Shown: positions 30,304 through 42,200 of the stretch, in pieces
How positions within the stretch are numbered: the first letter of the stretch is position 1
Layout: every line of letters begins with the position of its first letter
Origin: a virus
Reading direction: 5' to 3' (one strand)
DNA length: 64,000 nucleotides
Virus record (IMG/VR): IMGVR_UViG_3300017766_003354
Coordinates: 1 to 64,000 of that record
Made by a program: the position numbers and the translations under genes
Notes under the pieces: model-generated
Told to the model about the DNA's origin: nothing
Database searches by the model: none
What the model saw: only the letters and a program-made list of their open reading frames with translations

Positions 30304-30816
30304 TCAAAGACCCAGCAACTTTTGCTCTTCTTCAGTCAATTTACTTTTGGCGTGAGCAACGGCAAGTTGGTGAGACATGATGAATTTGTTGATTGTGATT
30401 GGTTCTTTTTTAGACAGGAGGTAAAAATTATCTTCGCCGTCTTTAATTAAAAACATTTTCCGCAAACTGTGATTTGCCCCATCGTTCAAGATTTTCAAAA
30501 GTTCCTCGTCTCCAATGTAATATTGCGTCTTGTCAAATCCATTGACGTATGAATAATCCTGATAGCAATCGACGACTGTATAAGCGGGACAATTTCCAAG
30601 AACGCTTTTCTTGCTTACTTCTTTCGAAAAAACATAAATTAGTTCGTCAAATTTGATAACCTCGATGTTACTGATGTAGGAATATCCACGTAAATTTGCC
30701 GCTTCTGGAGAACCTGCCGCTGCTGCGCGAATTGGATAATAAGCAAGAGCATCTTTGCTGGCTGTATATCCGTCTGTAGAGTGGACTGCGTAGATTGTTT
30801 GTTTTTCTGCCTTCAT
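30304..30816 (-). CDS. hypothetical protein
   Basis: start reassigned by TTGACG-N16-TATAAT-N7-ATG. Confidence 0.8.
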   Translation of the reverse strand: MKAEKQTIYAVHSTDGYTASKDALAYYPIRAAAAGSPEAANLRGYSYISNIEVIKFDELIYVFSKEVSKKSVLGNCPAYTVVDCYQDYSYVNGFDKTQYYIGDEELLKILNDGANHSLRKMFLIKDGEDNFYLLSKKEPITINKFIMSHQLAVAHAKSKLTEEEQKLLGL

Positions 30817-30900
30817 GGCCGCGATTATAGAGAAAGACGGCAAAACGTCAAGAAAAAAGAAAAAAATTGACAAACCCAAAAATCCCTGTAGGTTTACGGC
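30817..30900. promoter_or_regulatory. back-to-back divergent leaderless promoters at the strand switch
   Basis: - strand TTGACG..TATAAT; + strand TTGACA-N16-TAGGTT-N6-ATG(30901). Confidence 0.8.
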
Positions 30901-31092
30901 ATGCGAAAGTTCAAAGTGACATTCACGCTTTACCACGAATCATTCGGCGGATATGACCATTGCGATGGAGAATGGGACTGTATTGTAGAAGCGAGAGGCG
31001 AAAAATCCGCCATTAACGCCGCAATCAAGAAAATCCCTTGGGGTCATTGGGTAGGAAATAAATATGGAGAAAGAAAGGTGGTGTGGCTATGA
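30901..31092 (+). CDS. hypothetical protein, paralog of 32224-32418
   Basis: LYHESFGG.DHCDG shared. Confidence 0.75.
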   Translation: MRKFKVTFTLYHESFGGYDHCDGEWDCIVEARGEKSAINAAIKKIPWGHWVGNKYGERKVVWL

Positions 31093-31742
31093 TTCGCAAA
31101 ATCCCAGCCTCCCACCTTCGAAGAATGAGGTTTTCTAAAATTGCCTGTTTTTGGAGCTTGGGGCTTTTTGAACACGGGGCATTTTTGGCTGGTGGGCCTT
31201 TGAGGACTTTGATTTCAGACGAAGAGGTTTCGGATTTTGATGTTTTCTTTTCTTGGTTGTCCCCCATCATCACTCCCGAGAACCAAAACCCTTGCCTCGA
31301 AATCCCTTTAGAACCCGCCGCCCCCGAAATTCCAAGCTATTCGAACGTCGAAACAATCAAAAGAAAGCTCGAAAGAGAAAAATTCAAACTCATTTTCTCC
31401 TGCCCCGAAGGAAAAATGTTTTCCTATAAGAAGGGTGATATGAAAATTCAATTGATTCTTGAAATCGCTGATCGTCCCCAGCAAGTAATCGAACAATTTG
31501 ATTTTAATGCGTGTTGTGCGGCATTTGATGGAGAGTATTTTTATTACTCCAAAAACTTTGTTCGCGATGTAAAAACAAAGAAACTTTCAATCAATCAAAT
31601 CTCCTACCCTGCCGCGACCATCAAGCGCATGGTCAAGTATGCTGCCAAGGGATATAACATTAATGATGCTTGTGTAGAATTTATGCAAGAAGTATCGGGG
31701 GCTATTTTTCAGGAGGAAAATTTGAGGCTGTATATTGATTAA
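31089..31742 (+). CDS. nucleotidyltransferase (CCA-adding/poly(A) polymerase head-like)
   Basis: FLAGGPLR, SDFDVFF, FDFNAC, RMVKY..KGY. Confidence 0.75.
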   Translation: MIRKIPASHLRRMRFSKIACFWSLGLFEHGAFLAGGPLRTLISDEEVSDFDVFFSWLSPIITPENQNPCLEIPLEPAAPEIPSYSNVETIKRKLEREKFKLIFSCPEGKMFSYKKGDMKIQLILEIADRPQQVIEQFDFNACCAAFDGEYFYYSKNFVRDVKTKKLSINQISYPAATIKRMVKYAAKGYNINDACVEFMQEVSGAIFQEENLRLYID

Positions 31743-32223
31743 TTTTATGAAAATATTTGTTTCAACAAACTTAAACAGTAAAATCCGCTTTAAAATAACC
31801 CCTTATGGTAAAACTCTGCCAGAGGTTGAGCCTTATTTGAAAACTTTTTCTAAAGACGAAGACGGGTTTTATTCAACAGAATTGTGGGCTTTTGCTTCTA
31901 TTTTTGGGCCAGAACTGTATAACGGTTGCGTAATTCCAGTAGAAACAAGTGTTGAAATTGAAATAAATTCTTGACTCTCCCGCCAATTTAAATAAACTGC
32001 CGCCATGAAAGACCGATACTCTGTAGGATTTAAAGATCCCGAAACCCGTTGCGCCGCAACTGAACTTTATCCAGAATTGACTCCAATTGTTGATAATCGG
32101 ATGTTCGTGAATGGGAGTGTTATTGCTTTTTGTCTCTCAAAATATGAGGCCGAAGTTCTGGCCGAAAGGTTGCAACTTTTGGAGGACTATAAGGACCGAG
32201 GTTTTCCAGTAGAGAAGTAAATT

Positions 32224-32418
32224 ATGACTAAATATCAAATCTCCTTTCTTCTTTATCACGAATCTTTCGGTGGTCGCGATCACTGTGATGGGTGGCATGA
32301 TTTTTTCGTCAACGCAAAGAACGAGAAACTAGCTATTGATAAGGCTAAAAAATTGGTCCCTTTTGGTCATTGGATTAAGGATACGACTGTTTTTAACAGA
32401 GCAAAGAAAAACTCATGA
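32224..32418 (+). CDS. hypothetical protein, paralog of 30901-31092
   Basis: LYHESFGGRDHCDG. Confidence 0.7.
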   Translation: MTKYQISFLLYHESFGGRDHCDGWHDFFVNAKNEKLAIDKAKKLVPFGHWIKDTTVFNRAKKNS

Positions 32419-32882
32419 ACGAAGAAAACGAAATCGAATATTCTGTATTTGTTAAACGCTGCTATGATGGCAGGGACCGAGACAATTACCCTAAGACTTA
32501 TGTCGCAGAAGACTATTTAATTTCTGCCGACTCTCTTGACAATTTGTATGAGAGAATGGCAAAAGAATACGTCGATTGGAAGCTAAAAGGAGAAAAGAGA
32601 ATCAAAGTTACTCCATCTTGGTCAGACGACCCGCACGATCTTGACGGTTATTTTGTTGAATTTGGCGATATTCATGTCATTATTGAAGAATATTCTGAGG
32701 CCAAAATGAAAGCCACCGAAACTTACAAAAATAAAGCCCAAACTCGCGACGAATTTCTGGCCAAACAAAAAATCCTAGAAGCGGCAAAAAAGAAAGCAGA
32801 ACAAGAACGCTCTAAAAAATACAAAGAACAACAAGAAAGAGAAGAATATTTGAGACTCAAGAAAAAATTCGAAAAACAATGA
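32415..32882 (+). CDS. hypothetical protein with C-terminal coiled coil
   Basis: ORF track. Confidence 0.75.
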   Translation: MNEENEIEYSVFVKRCYDGRDRDNYPKTYVAEDYLISADSLDNLYERMAKEYVDWKLKGEKRIKVTPSWSDDPHDLDGYFVEFGDIHVIIEEYSEAKMKATETYKNKAQTRDEFLAKQKILEAAKKKAEQERSKKYKEQQEREEYLRLKKKFEKQ

Positions 32883-33131
32883 AAATTCGCCCAAACGGTC
32901 TGCATTGGTGGTTTGGCATCTCTAATGAAAAAGATGTAAATGGCAGACTAATTGTTTGGCCGAAGTGGCATGTTGTCCACTGTTGGTCTGAAAAACGAGA
33001 AGGGTATGCTACAGGAGCACATTTTGAAAACACCATGAACCAACGTGAAATGGTTGATGGTGTTTGGGGTGAAGAAATAATTCCTCCAAAAATACCTTGA
33101 CGCGAACCCAATTTTAAATTACTCTCCCGCC

Positions 33132-34067
33132 ATGCGAAACCAAGTCTTTGACGAAATCATTGGGCAATCCTCCGTTATCTCTACGCTTTCCCTTTATCTG
33201 GATGCGTTCAAGGAAACGGAACGTCTGCCATTCATTAACTTCCAAGCATCGCGAGGATCTGGAAAGAGCCATATTGCCCGCGCATTCCGTTCTGGTCTGC
33301 GCCGTAAAGATGGATCGAAGGTTCCCATGCTTGAAGTAAACTGCGCCTCCATCAAGGGGACTAATCAATTTTTCGAGCAGATTGTCCCTATGTGGGTTAA
33401 TAACGATGCCTTGCTCTTCCTAGACGAACTCCACAACTGTCCCAAAGGACTACAACAGATTTTTCTCTCTCTTTTTAATGTGGATCGCTCTCCGATTCGT
33501 GAAGTAACGCATGAAGGAATTCCTTATGTTTTCGATTTTACCAAGATTTCCTTCTTGGGAGCGTCCACTGACCACCAACGACTTGTAGAACCATTGCGTG
33601 ATCGTCTCCGCAATATTGCCCTAGAAGAATACACTCCTGATCAACTCTTCGAAATCTTCCTTAATAACCTCGAAAATCGAGTAAATATTGAAGCCTCAGC
33701 CAAACCAGCAATCATTTCAACCTTCAGGGGAAATCCCCGTGATGCTGTCGTGAAGGCCGAAGACCTCAAGACTTACATTGCGGCCCAAAGTTCTAAAAAT
33801 ATTTGTGAGGTTGGCTGGGACGCCTTCTGTAGAACGATGGGGATTCTTCCTTTGGGACTTAGTTTTTCGGAAATGCAGCTAATTAAAGCTTTGGGTAAGA
33901 ACGGAGATTGTTCGTTGAATATGCTTTCTTCGGTTACGGGGTTTGAACGTTCTGCCATCCAAAATGACTACGAAAAGCTTCTTTTTAGGAAGGGGTTGCT
34001 GGTCGTGGATTCCAAGAGGAAATTAACGGCTGATGGCGTCAGGTTCTACCATCAATATTGCAAATAA
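33132..34067 (+). CDS. ruvB: RuvB-like Holliday junction branch-migration AAA+ ATPase
   Basis: FDEIIGQ, RGSGKS (Walker A), LFLDELH, PLRDR, RGNPR, YE..L...GLL...R.LT..G. Confidence 0.85.
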   Translation: MRNQVFDEIIGQSSVISTLSLYLDAFKETERLPFINFQASRGSGKSHIARAFRSGLRRKDGSKVPMLEVNCASIKGTNQFFEQIVPMWVNNDALLFLDELHNCPKGLQQIFLSLFNVDRSPIREVTHEGIPYVFDFTKISFLGASTDHQRLVEPLRDRLRNIALEEYTPDQLFEIFLNNLENRVNIEASAKPAIISTFRGNPRDAVVKAEDLKTYIAAQSSKNICEVGWDAFCRTMGILPLGLSFSEMQLIKALGKNGDCSLNMLSSVTGFERSAIQNDYEKLLFRKGLLVVDSKRKLTADGVRFYHQYCK

Positions 34068-34106
34068 TATATTGACACCCACTCCAAATTAAATTAACCT
34101 CCGCTC

Positions 34107-34529
34107 ATGCAAATTATAAATCAACTAAACGACACAGACTTTGTAATCCGCGTGCAACCGAAGAAAAGAAACGGAACGCACATTGTAGTCGCCCATGATT
34201 ATGTCAACTTTTTTGGAGAAATGGGTCTTTATACAGATATAGACGTTTACAACAAATCAATTACAGGTCCAAACGCTTTATGCTCTAATGTCGTTAGCGT
34301 TCCTATGAATGTTCAGGTTCCTATTCGTTCTTTTGTAAATGGAATTCTTCCTATGTTGAACGAGTACAAATATTGTCAAAAAGAACACGCAGACAGTTAT
34401 TCCTTACATGGCCACAACATTACTTTCTATAGGGAAGACGGCGTAAAAATGATTACAGTCTGCGAAAAAGGCGAAGAACCTCAGACCATAACTTATTCTC
34501 TATACGAAAAACTTAATCAAAAATCATGA
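34107..34529 (+). CDS. hypothetical protein
   Basis: leaderless promoter TTGACA-N17-TAACCT-N6-ATG. Confidence 0.75.
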   Translation: MQIINQLNDTDFVIRVQPKKRNGTHIVVAHDYVNFFGEMGLYTDIDVYNKSITGPNALCSNVVSVPMNVQVPIRSFVNGILPMLNEYKYCQKEHADSYSLHGHNITFYREDGVKMITVCEKGEEPQTITYSLYEKLNQKS

Positions 34530-34956
34530 AAACTGATATTCAATTCGACACCGACGCTACTACAGGCGACGATTGCGTTATTCTTTTTGCCGCTTCGGGA
34601 TCTAAAGAAGCTATTCGAGAAAAACTTCTCTTAATGGCTCTCGAAATTAACGACGAGGAATACCCAAAACCAATCCAAGGAATAATTTCTTCTTTTTCTT
34701 TAACTTCTCACGTAATTACTCCAATCTGGGGAGGAAAAGAATATTAATATGTGGCCATTCAAGAAAAAATTCTGGAAAGAAATCAGCCGCGAATATTTAA
34801 GGACAGAGTATGATTCTTTTTATTCATTTGATGATTACTTTGAAGTTTACGCCATTACTTACCAAGACATCAATTCCGACAAAAGGAAAATAAAAGAAGT
34901 ATGGATATTAAAAGAAACTCCTTGACAGAAGCTCGAATTTTAAATACCCTTCGGCC

Positions 34957-35214
34957 ATGAAATTCTAAATCAGCTACGACGAAAACGGCAACCCCGCTTA
35001 TGTAACCAAAGATACTGGTTTTTGCCTTTCTAGTGGTCCTTTTCGACCAGAAGAAGACGGCTGGATGCTTGATCAACTCGATCCCATGGACTTCCCCGCA
35101 ATTCAAACTGGCAGGGATATGGAATATCTTGTGGCCGAAGTAAATAGTCTTCGCCGCCAACTTTTCCACGAAAAACAAACGAGCGGCCTCTATCGCAATT
35201 CAGTGGGATTTTAA
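34957..35214 (+). pseudogene. hypothetical gene with TAA at codon 4
   Basis: promoter TTGACA-N17-TACCCT-N6-ATG; MKF*ISYDENGNPAYVTK... open to 35214. Confidence 0.55.
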
Positions 35215-35701
35215 TCTTGACAGGCAACTAACTTTAAACTACTCTACGCACATGAACAACTTCCTCTCTCCCAAAAGAGACTCTGCTAATAATACACAAC
35301 CATTCTCTTGGTCTTCTCGCAATGGTTCTCAATTTTATTGTGACAGAAAAGACTTTGGTTCGAAAATCTTTGTCTCATGTTCTCCAGAAAAGAAAGAACG
35401 ACTGAGCCAAGATATTGCCGAAATGATTGCTATGCACGCTCTTGAAATTTGGCCAACCCTTAATGGATTTTCTGGATATGATTGTTTAAACTTTGAATTC
35501 TCAGAAAAAAGCTTGACAGCAACGGAAATTTAATTCAACCTACGCCCATGAAAGCAACACTAATAATTGACGGCGAAACCTTCGAAGCTGAAGGCTGGTC
35601 TTTCGAGGAAGCCATGCAGGAGCTCGGGCGCAAGGCTAAGCTAATCAAAAAGAGCGAAACAATTAAAATCCTAAGCCCCGCTCAACTTCAGGGCGCGGAA
35701 C

Positions 35702-35950
35702 ATGTCTAATATTATGGAAACACAAACAAAGCGCGGGCGCGGACGCCCCAAGGGCAGCCATTCATTCCAATTGGTAACTCTGTCTGAACTAATGGCTAAA
35801 TGCGGTCCAGATACTCAAATTCCAGTTGGCCGATTGTGGCTCAACGGACGAGAAAAGCGCCAAGAAATCAGTGTGACGATTCCTGTCGTTCCCTCAGTTG
35901 AGGCTCCAGCGCCAGAAGATACAGTTGAAATGACTCTAATTATTGACTAA
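35702..35950 (+). CDS. AT-hook DNA-binding protein
   Basis: KRGRGRPKGS. Confidence 0.65.
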   Translation: MSNIMETQTKRGRGRPKGSHSFQLVTLSELMAKCGPDTQIPVGRLWLNGREKRQEISVTIPVVPSVEAPAPEDTVEMTLIID

Positions 35951-36362
35951 ATGCAAACACTAATTTCTGCAATTGAAGAATCGGAAGATTCTACTGAAAT
36001 TGATGCCATGTTTTGCATCCTGCGGGATCGAAAAATTGGAATTAAAAAGAAACTCCTTTGCCTTGCCTTGATTCTTGGACTAGAAGACTCAGAAGTGGTC
36101 AACGAAGCTCCGAAAGATGCAAACGGCAGAATCCTTGATCATCAATCTCGGCATATCATCAGCGAATCCCTAGTAAAAGCCTCACAAAAGAACAAAAACT
36201 AATGCACTACGAAGTAAGGACAGAGAAAGGCGGATGGCGCGGTAATTACGACTGCTCCTATAACAAGGAGAACCAGCCAACCCCGCTGGCACAAGCGATC
36301 ATCAACGCGAAATCACATTTTGGTTATGTGTTTTTGGTGGATGGTGAAAAGGAGGAGCAGGT

Positions 36363-36581
36363 ATGGCCGAAGTAAAAATCGAAAAAGGAATCTCCATTCC
36401 TACTCGGTGGGTGGCGCAAGAGACTCTAAGCAAAATGAAAGCTGGAGATTCTGTTGTTATCAATATCCAAGATCAGGGTATTTGGCGTCACGCTTCTCTT
36501 CAGTTGCGCCATAAAATTACCACACGAAAAATTTCGAAGAGACAACTGCGACTGTGGAAACTTGATTATGCAAAAAATTAA
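36363..36581 (+). CDS. small DNA-binding-like phage protein (KIEKGI.IP family)
   Basis: KIEKGISIP...MKAGDSV. Confidence 0.7.
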   Translation: MAEVKIEKGISIPTRWVAQETLSKMKAGDSVVINIQDQGIWRHASLQLRHKITTRKISKRQLRLWKLDYAKN

Positions 36582-36777
36582 AATCGAAAAGGGTATCCCT
36601 ATTCCTGAAAGCAAAAAGGGCGAAATCGTGCAAATTTTATCAAAAATGGTAAAAAATGATTCAGTTTTGATTCCTAGAAAGAAAGAAGTCCTTTGGAGGA
36701 CTACGGCATGGAAATATGGGATTAAAATTGCTGGTCGTAAAGAGTCAGAGCAAGAGTGCCGTTTGTGGAAAGTTTAA
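36568..36777 (+). CDS. tandem paralog (KIEKGIPIP family)
   Basis: KIEKGIPIP...MVKNDSV...RLWKV. Confidence 0.7.
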   Translation: MQKIKIEKGIPIPESKKGEIVQILSKMVKNDSVLIPRKKEVLWRTTAWKYGIKIAGRKESEQECRLWKV

Positions 36778-37012
36778 GACAATGAAAGAAAAATTCTTTG
36801 CTGTTATCAAAGCCTCTGATGGTCGGTTCGAAGTAATCGACCATCCTGATAAACTCTGCGGCTATCGGCCAAAATCGGTTTATCTGTTTGGAAACGCCGT
36901 ATCGTCAAAAGAAGAAGAATTGAGGGACAGGGCCAGAGTCCTTTATTACTATTGCGACGACTTTCACGAAATTCGTTGATTTTAATTCTCTGGTGTAATA
37001 TAATTTAGAGAC

Positions 37013-37345
37013 ATGCGAACCATCGTAAAGAAAACCATAATCCTCGAAACTAAAAGGCACGATTTTGACAATGAGTTCGCTTATGTTGAGATCTGGACCA
37101 ATAATCACCTGAAAGACAATTACTTTGCTGAAAAAGAATCTCTCTTTTTAGACGGTTCCCTGAAACCCAAGGCGAAGAAATACTTTTATTCTCCATTCTA
37201 CGGCGAAGAAATCGAAAAAGAAATCAAGCCAGTAAAGTTGGAAAAGTTCCAGTGGTTTGATAAGCTTTACTACTTTGATGAAGAAGGTGAGATTGTCAGG
37301 ATTGATGGGGTAAAGGCTGAAGACATTGAGTATTCACTGAATTAA
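37013..37345 (+). CDS. hypothetical protein
   Basis: ORF preceded by GTGTAA motif. Confidence 0.7.
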   Translation: MRTIVKKTIILETKRHDFDNEFAYVEIWTNNHLKDNYFAEKESLFLDGSLKPKAKKYFYSPFYGEEIEKEIKPVKLEKFQWFDKLYYFDEEGEIVRIDGVKAEDIEYSLN

Positions 37346-37663
37346 AAAATGACAGAATACTTTGTTCAAGCAGCGTGGAATCAGCACGAAGTCACAGACA
37401 CCCAAACTCCAGTAAAGAAAAAAGCAATTGAAAGATATACCTCTCTTTGCGAAGAAAATCCTTACACAAAATTTAAAATTGTTAAGCGAACCATCACAGA
37501 CGAAGTAATTGCCGAATCTGAAGATGCCAGACAAGCGAGATTCGATTTTGTTTCTTGAGCCGCAATTAAAATTGCGAACCTTGTAAAAACTACTTGACCC
37601 GCGAATAAGACTGCGTTAGTCTCTTCGCACGGCGACGTTCGCCGCTCTTAAATTGCTAAAAAT

Positions 37664-39586
37664 ATGAAAATTGTTAATTCTGCTTCTCCATTAATCGTCT
37701 CTGAAGGCTTTGATGATAACGTATCTATCATGGATATGACTTCTGAAGCTGCTCTCGAAATGACGCGCCATCTTCGTGATACGGTCTATACTAATAAGGA
37801 ATTGGCTGTGGTCCGCGAATTGGGGACTAATTTGTTAGACGAACATTGCCTACACAATATTGATAAAAATGGAGAAATCGGAATCCGCGATATCAATGGA
37901 CAGTATGAGTTTTTTGCCCGCGATTTTGCCAAGGGGTTGAGCGAAGAAGGGGTTAGAAAAATCTTCGGAGCATACGGAAATTCCCAAAAAAGGCACACGA
38001 ATGTTGCCAGCGGGATGCTTGGAATTGGCTCAAAAAGTCCATTTAGTTATTCTGACACATACTATGTTATCTCATATTTCGGCGGTCAGAAAACCACTTA
38101 TACCCTTGCCTTGGGTGGTGACGAGAATGGTTCTTCCAATGGTTTTATTTATAAGACTTTCTCTGAGCCGACAAACGAAACTGGTCTGGAAGTAATCGTC
38201 CCAATTAAAAATTGCGACGTTTCCAAATTCAGTAACGAAATTCGTAATTTTGTGCATTTCTCTCCACATAAGATTATCTGTAATATTTGTGGTATTGAAT
38301 CGGAGCCTTATCCTATCGCTATTCAAGAAACTCACGATGGAATTGATTTTACTCTTTTTGCTGGTCATAGTTCACATCGTTCTGAACTGGCGAGATTGCA
38401 AATGGGTGGAGTTCAATATGAAGACTTTAACCTGCCAGAAGGGTTTAGAACAAAGGATAATCATACTCTTGTTGTCAATGTTCCTATCGGTTCTATGACG
38501 GTGGCTATGTCACGCGAATCCTTCCACGCAACACCCTCAAATCAAAATTTCAAAGCCAAAATCTCCCGCATTCTGGAAGAAATGACTCAGCGAGATTTTG
38601 CCGCTCTAAAGACAAAGCCTTTGAAGGACTTTATTGACGAAAATCTTGGAGAGCTTCATGTCAACAAGCAGGTCGAGGGATCTATTTTTAAAACCCGCAT
38701 CGCTCATGTTTATCCTGAAACGTGGAAAGTAATTGGTAATCTCTCATACATCGACTGCGGCACGGTTGTTCAAAAGAACAATAAGCCTCTGCTAATTCTA
38801 ATTCCTGATAACAAGGCAACCGACCACTGGAAATCCAAGCTTCGCGAATTTGCTAGGGCGAATGGTCAAAGTTATTATATTGCTTGTCATCACGAATTCC
38901 TTGGATTAACGCCAGAAGGGAATGCTGAAATCAATCAATATTTCCATCCGATTGGAATCAAGTCTCTAAAGTTTCCGAAGACAAAGAGGACAAAGAGTTA
39001 TGCGGTTTATAACAAAAAATCCCGCGAAGGAAGTTTTAATGCGATTGGCTTCGCTAATTGTCTGCGGACCCATTATTTTAATCTGCCAGAAGAAACCGAC
39101 GAACAAAAGATAAAAGAATGGATTGATTCTGAAAAACAGAAGGCCATTGCTACAAAAGACTCAACAAAGCTAAACAAACTGGCAATCACCGTTAGTTCTC
39201 CGAGCCGTTATACTTCTTGGTCCTGCGCTTCGGAAGAATTGGCCCAGCATATTGAAGATTTGGGGCTCTTTGTGACAGGTCGTGGAGAATATTCTAAGCA
39301 CGTTCAACTGTGGGCTACAGAGCAGGCTACCGCTCAAGCAAAACAAAACAAAATCAAAACGGCCCTAAAATCTTGGGCGACTTTTCATCCTCGCACAGTC
39401 GAGCTTGTTAAGAAGGATAAAAACGCAGAACGACTGAATAAATTCTGGGAAGCTGTAATGGCTGAGAAGACCACAAGAACCAAAATCTTCTCTCATGTTC
39501 AATCCTCCTACGAAAACTACTACGGCAACAAAAATAAATTGACAAGAGCAGAATTACGGGCTATTCTCAAGCTACAAAACGCCTAA
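37664..39586 (+). CDS. rIIA: rIIA-like protein (GHKL ATPase N-terminus)
   Basis: VYTNKELAVVRELGTN, RDFAKGLS, GMLGIGSKSPFSY, SRE; adjacent to rIIB. Confidence 0.85.
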   Translation: MKIVNSASPLIVSEGFDDNVSIMDMTSEAALEMTRHLRDTVYTNKELAVVRELGTNLLDEHCLHNIDKNGEIGIRDINGQYEFFARDFAKGLSEEGVRKIFGAYGNSQKRHTNVASGMLGIGSKSPFSYSDTYYVISYFGGQKTTYTLALGGDENGSSNGFIYKTFSEPTNETGLEVIVPIKNCDVSKFSNEIRNFVHFSPHKIICNICGIESEPYPIAIQETHDGIDFTLFAGHSSHRSELARLQMGGVQYEDFNLPEGFRTKDNHTLVVNVPIGSMTVAMSRESFHATPSNQNFKAKISRILEEMTQRDFAALKTKPLKDFIDENLGELHVNKQVEGSIFKTRIAHVYPETWKVIGNLSYIDCGTVVQKNNKPLLILIPDNKATDHWKSKLREFARANGQSYYIACHHEFLGLTPEGNAEINQYFHPIGIKSLKFPKTKRTKSYAVYNKKSREGSFNAIGFANCLRTHYFNLPEETDEQKIKEWIDSEKQKAIATKDSTKLNKLAITVSSPSRYTSWSCASEELAQHIEDLGLFVTGRGEYSKHVQLWATEQATAQAKQNKIKTALKSWATFHPRTVELVKKDKNAERLNKFWEAVMAEKTTRTKIFSHVQSSYENYYGNKNKLTRAELRAILKLQNA

Positions 39587-39862
39587 AAACATGACAGACG
39601 CAGAAAAATATTGGTTCGACCAAGGAATAAAAGTGGGAAAAAAAGCAACCTCTCATCCAGAACAACTGATTCAAGAAGAATGGGATAAAGATATGCAAGA
39701 ATGGGCGGGCAATACTAGTCATTTTAATAACTTTTTTGTTGACTTTCTGGCTTTTGCCGAGGGAATAAAAAAAGGCTCAACCTACTACAAAAATCATTGA
39801 CAGACTCAACTCATTTGCTATAAAGCTCTCGACACAAAACAACACAAAGAAAGAACAATACA

Positions 39863-40867
39863 GTGCAATACATTTTAGGAACAAACGGTTTTACCTTCTT
39901 TTTCAAGGGGCGTCCTAAGCAGATCGCCAAGGGAACCACTCAATACGCCAAAATTCTCAAAGCCTTTGATTTGCCCGCAGATCAGCAAGATTCGGCCATT
40001 TGTGATATTCTTGATGGTGATAAGGTCGCAGTGAAAGAAGCAGAACTTGCGGGATTCTCTTTTGATGGCGGGACTGTTAAAATTGACAACGAGGTTTTGC
40101 CTGATGTTTTGGCGCGAAAGATTGAGTCTCTGAAGAAAGAGGGTTTGCCAATCACCTTATTTCTCCCATTCTGGCGCGAACTTAGGCAAAATCCAGACTA
40201 TGCAGTAGTCAATGATCGCGGGCTTTATGACTTTCTTTCTTATCGTGAATTGCCCGTCAGCGAGGATGGCTGCATCATTTCTTATCGCGGAGTTCAAAAA
40301 GATTACTGGTCACGTAGCGGTAATCCAGCTACCAAAGTCATCCAAGGAAAGACCAATAAGAGCGGCCAAATTTTTAATGGAATTGGAGAAGTTATTGAAA
40401 TTGTTCGCAATCAAGTAACTACTGATCGTTCTGTCCATTGTCATGCTGGATCATTGCATATCGGATCACTCAAATACGCAAAAGAATGGGGAGATCGAGT
40501 AATTGTTGTTAAAGTTAATCCTCGCGATGTTGTTTCTGTTGCAAGTGATTGTGAGTGTCAAAAATTGAGGGTCTGTAAATATGAAGTCATTGGAGACTTA
40601 GAAGAGGAAATTTTGGCCCCTATTACCGATTCAGTTGGCAAGCCAATCGAAGAACAAACAAAGAAAGAAGCAACTGCATTCCAAGAGCGCATTTCTAATT
40701 ACCTCAAAAAGAAAGCCTCGAAAAACTGGCATCAAGTGGATGTAAAATCCATCCAAAACATCTTTAGCCCCGAATACCCTAATAAGAAGCGGGTTTTGGC
40801 CGCTCTTGATTCTCTTGGGTATGTTTGGAAAAACGATTCTCTGAGTGGAGAAATCGTGTATCTGTAA
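39863..40867 (+). CDS. rIIB: rIIB-like protein
   Basis: FW..L.QNP, LYDFL, DGCIISYRGV, C..GSLHIGS..YA, VKVNPRDVVSV..DC...KLRVCKYEV. Confidence 0.88.
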   Translation: MQYILGTNGFTFFFKGRPKQIAKGTTQYAKILKAFDLPADQQDSAICDILDGDKVAVKEAELAGFSFDGGTVKIDNEVLPDVLARKIESLKKEGLPITLFLPFWRELRQNPDYAVVNDRGLYDFLSYRELPVSEDGCIISYRGVQKDYWSRSGNPATKVIQGKTNKSGQIFNGIGEVIEIVRNQVTTDRSVHCHAGSLHIGSLKYAKEWGDRVIVVKVNPRDVVSVASDCECQKLRVCKYEVIGDLEEEILAPITDSVGKPIEEQTKKEATAFQERISNYLKKKASKNWHQVDVKSIQNIFSPEYPNKKRVLAALDSLGYVWKNDSLSGEIVYL

Positions 40868-42200
40868 CCGAAAACCCAGCGGGGCGGGAAACCGCCCCGC
40901 ATTCTATCATGAATCAAGAACAAAGAAACCAAATCACAGAAAAACTTCTGCTAGCTCGCACCCGAGTCCAGAATCTTTTTGCCCAACAAGATGATATTGT
41001 TGCTGCGGTTATTGAAGAATTGGGGCTAAAGAATGCCTCAGAAGTCCTTGCCCGCTCTTATATTGAAAAAAGGGTGGATGAGAAATGGCTGATGAATGAT
41101 TTGAATCAGTTGCTTTTCCTTCTCTCTGACCTTGACGCATGAAAAGAAAATTTCGGATAATCAAAAAAACAAGGAGAACTTCGTTTGGGCCTTTCGATGG
41201 ATACGTAATCCAAAAACAGAAAAATTTCTCTGGTCGATTAATTTGGGACGATCTAGAATTAGATGAAAAAAAATATTATAACAGTTTGGAAGCAGCCGAA
41301 TCTGCTCTTACAAATTATATAGAGCCCCCAAAACCAAGCTTCGAAGTAATCAAAGAATATGAATTCTAAATTTAAAATCAATGAGCCAAAAAACAATAAT
41401 CCGCCATACCTGCGATCACTGTGGCAAAACGCAGGAAGAAGAGCAAACCAACTGGCTAAACACTGGAGGCCCGAAAAACTGGTCAGGCTGGGACATTAAA
41501 CAAAAAGGAACAGCTTCTTGTTTCTACGGAACAATGGGGCAATCTGTTGAATTTTGTTGTTATGATTGTGCAATTAAATGGATGAAAGAAAAAATCGAAT
41601 GGCAGCTACTAACGACATAACAAACGCAGAAATCAAAACTTCCGCTTATTCCGATCAAGGTCGAGTCAATCATGACCGCATATTTGCAAAGAAATCCGCT
41701 TATGAATGGATGGAAGACGAAGATGGGTTTTATTGGGTTAAAAATTTCAATGGCTGGGATTGGGATGATGGAGTGACCATGGAGACTCCTATTTCTTACC
41801 AAGAATTCCAAAAACGACTCCAACACTGCATAGTTATGTGGAAAGCTCCATTTCGATAAAAATATGAAAACAAAAATCAACCCCGCATCAATCTCCCTAG
41901 AACTCGACGGAGTGACTCATATTTTGTCTCTGGACAAGGCTAAAGAAGTAGTCGCCGCTCTGGGAAATGAAATCGAGGCCATCGAAGGAAAGCCTCAAAT
42001 TTCAAAGGACTTGCTTAAAGAATACGAAAAATACAAAAAAGAAAAAGAACGCCAAAATCCTTATCCAATTTGGCCAACACCTCTTCCTCCATATAACCCT
42101 CTGCATCCTCCGACATGGAATCCTATGTGTGATCCTAAAGACCCTTCTTATCCTCATATCTACTGCGGCCAACCAACTTCAACTTGCAATACACAATAAA

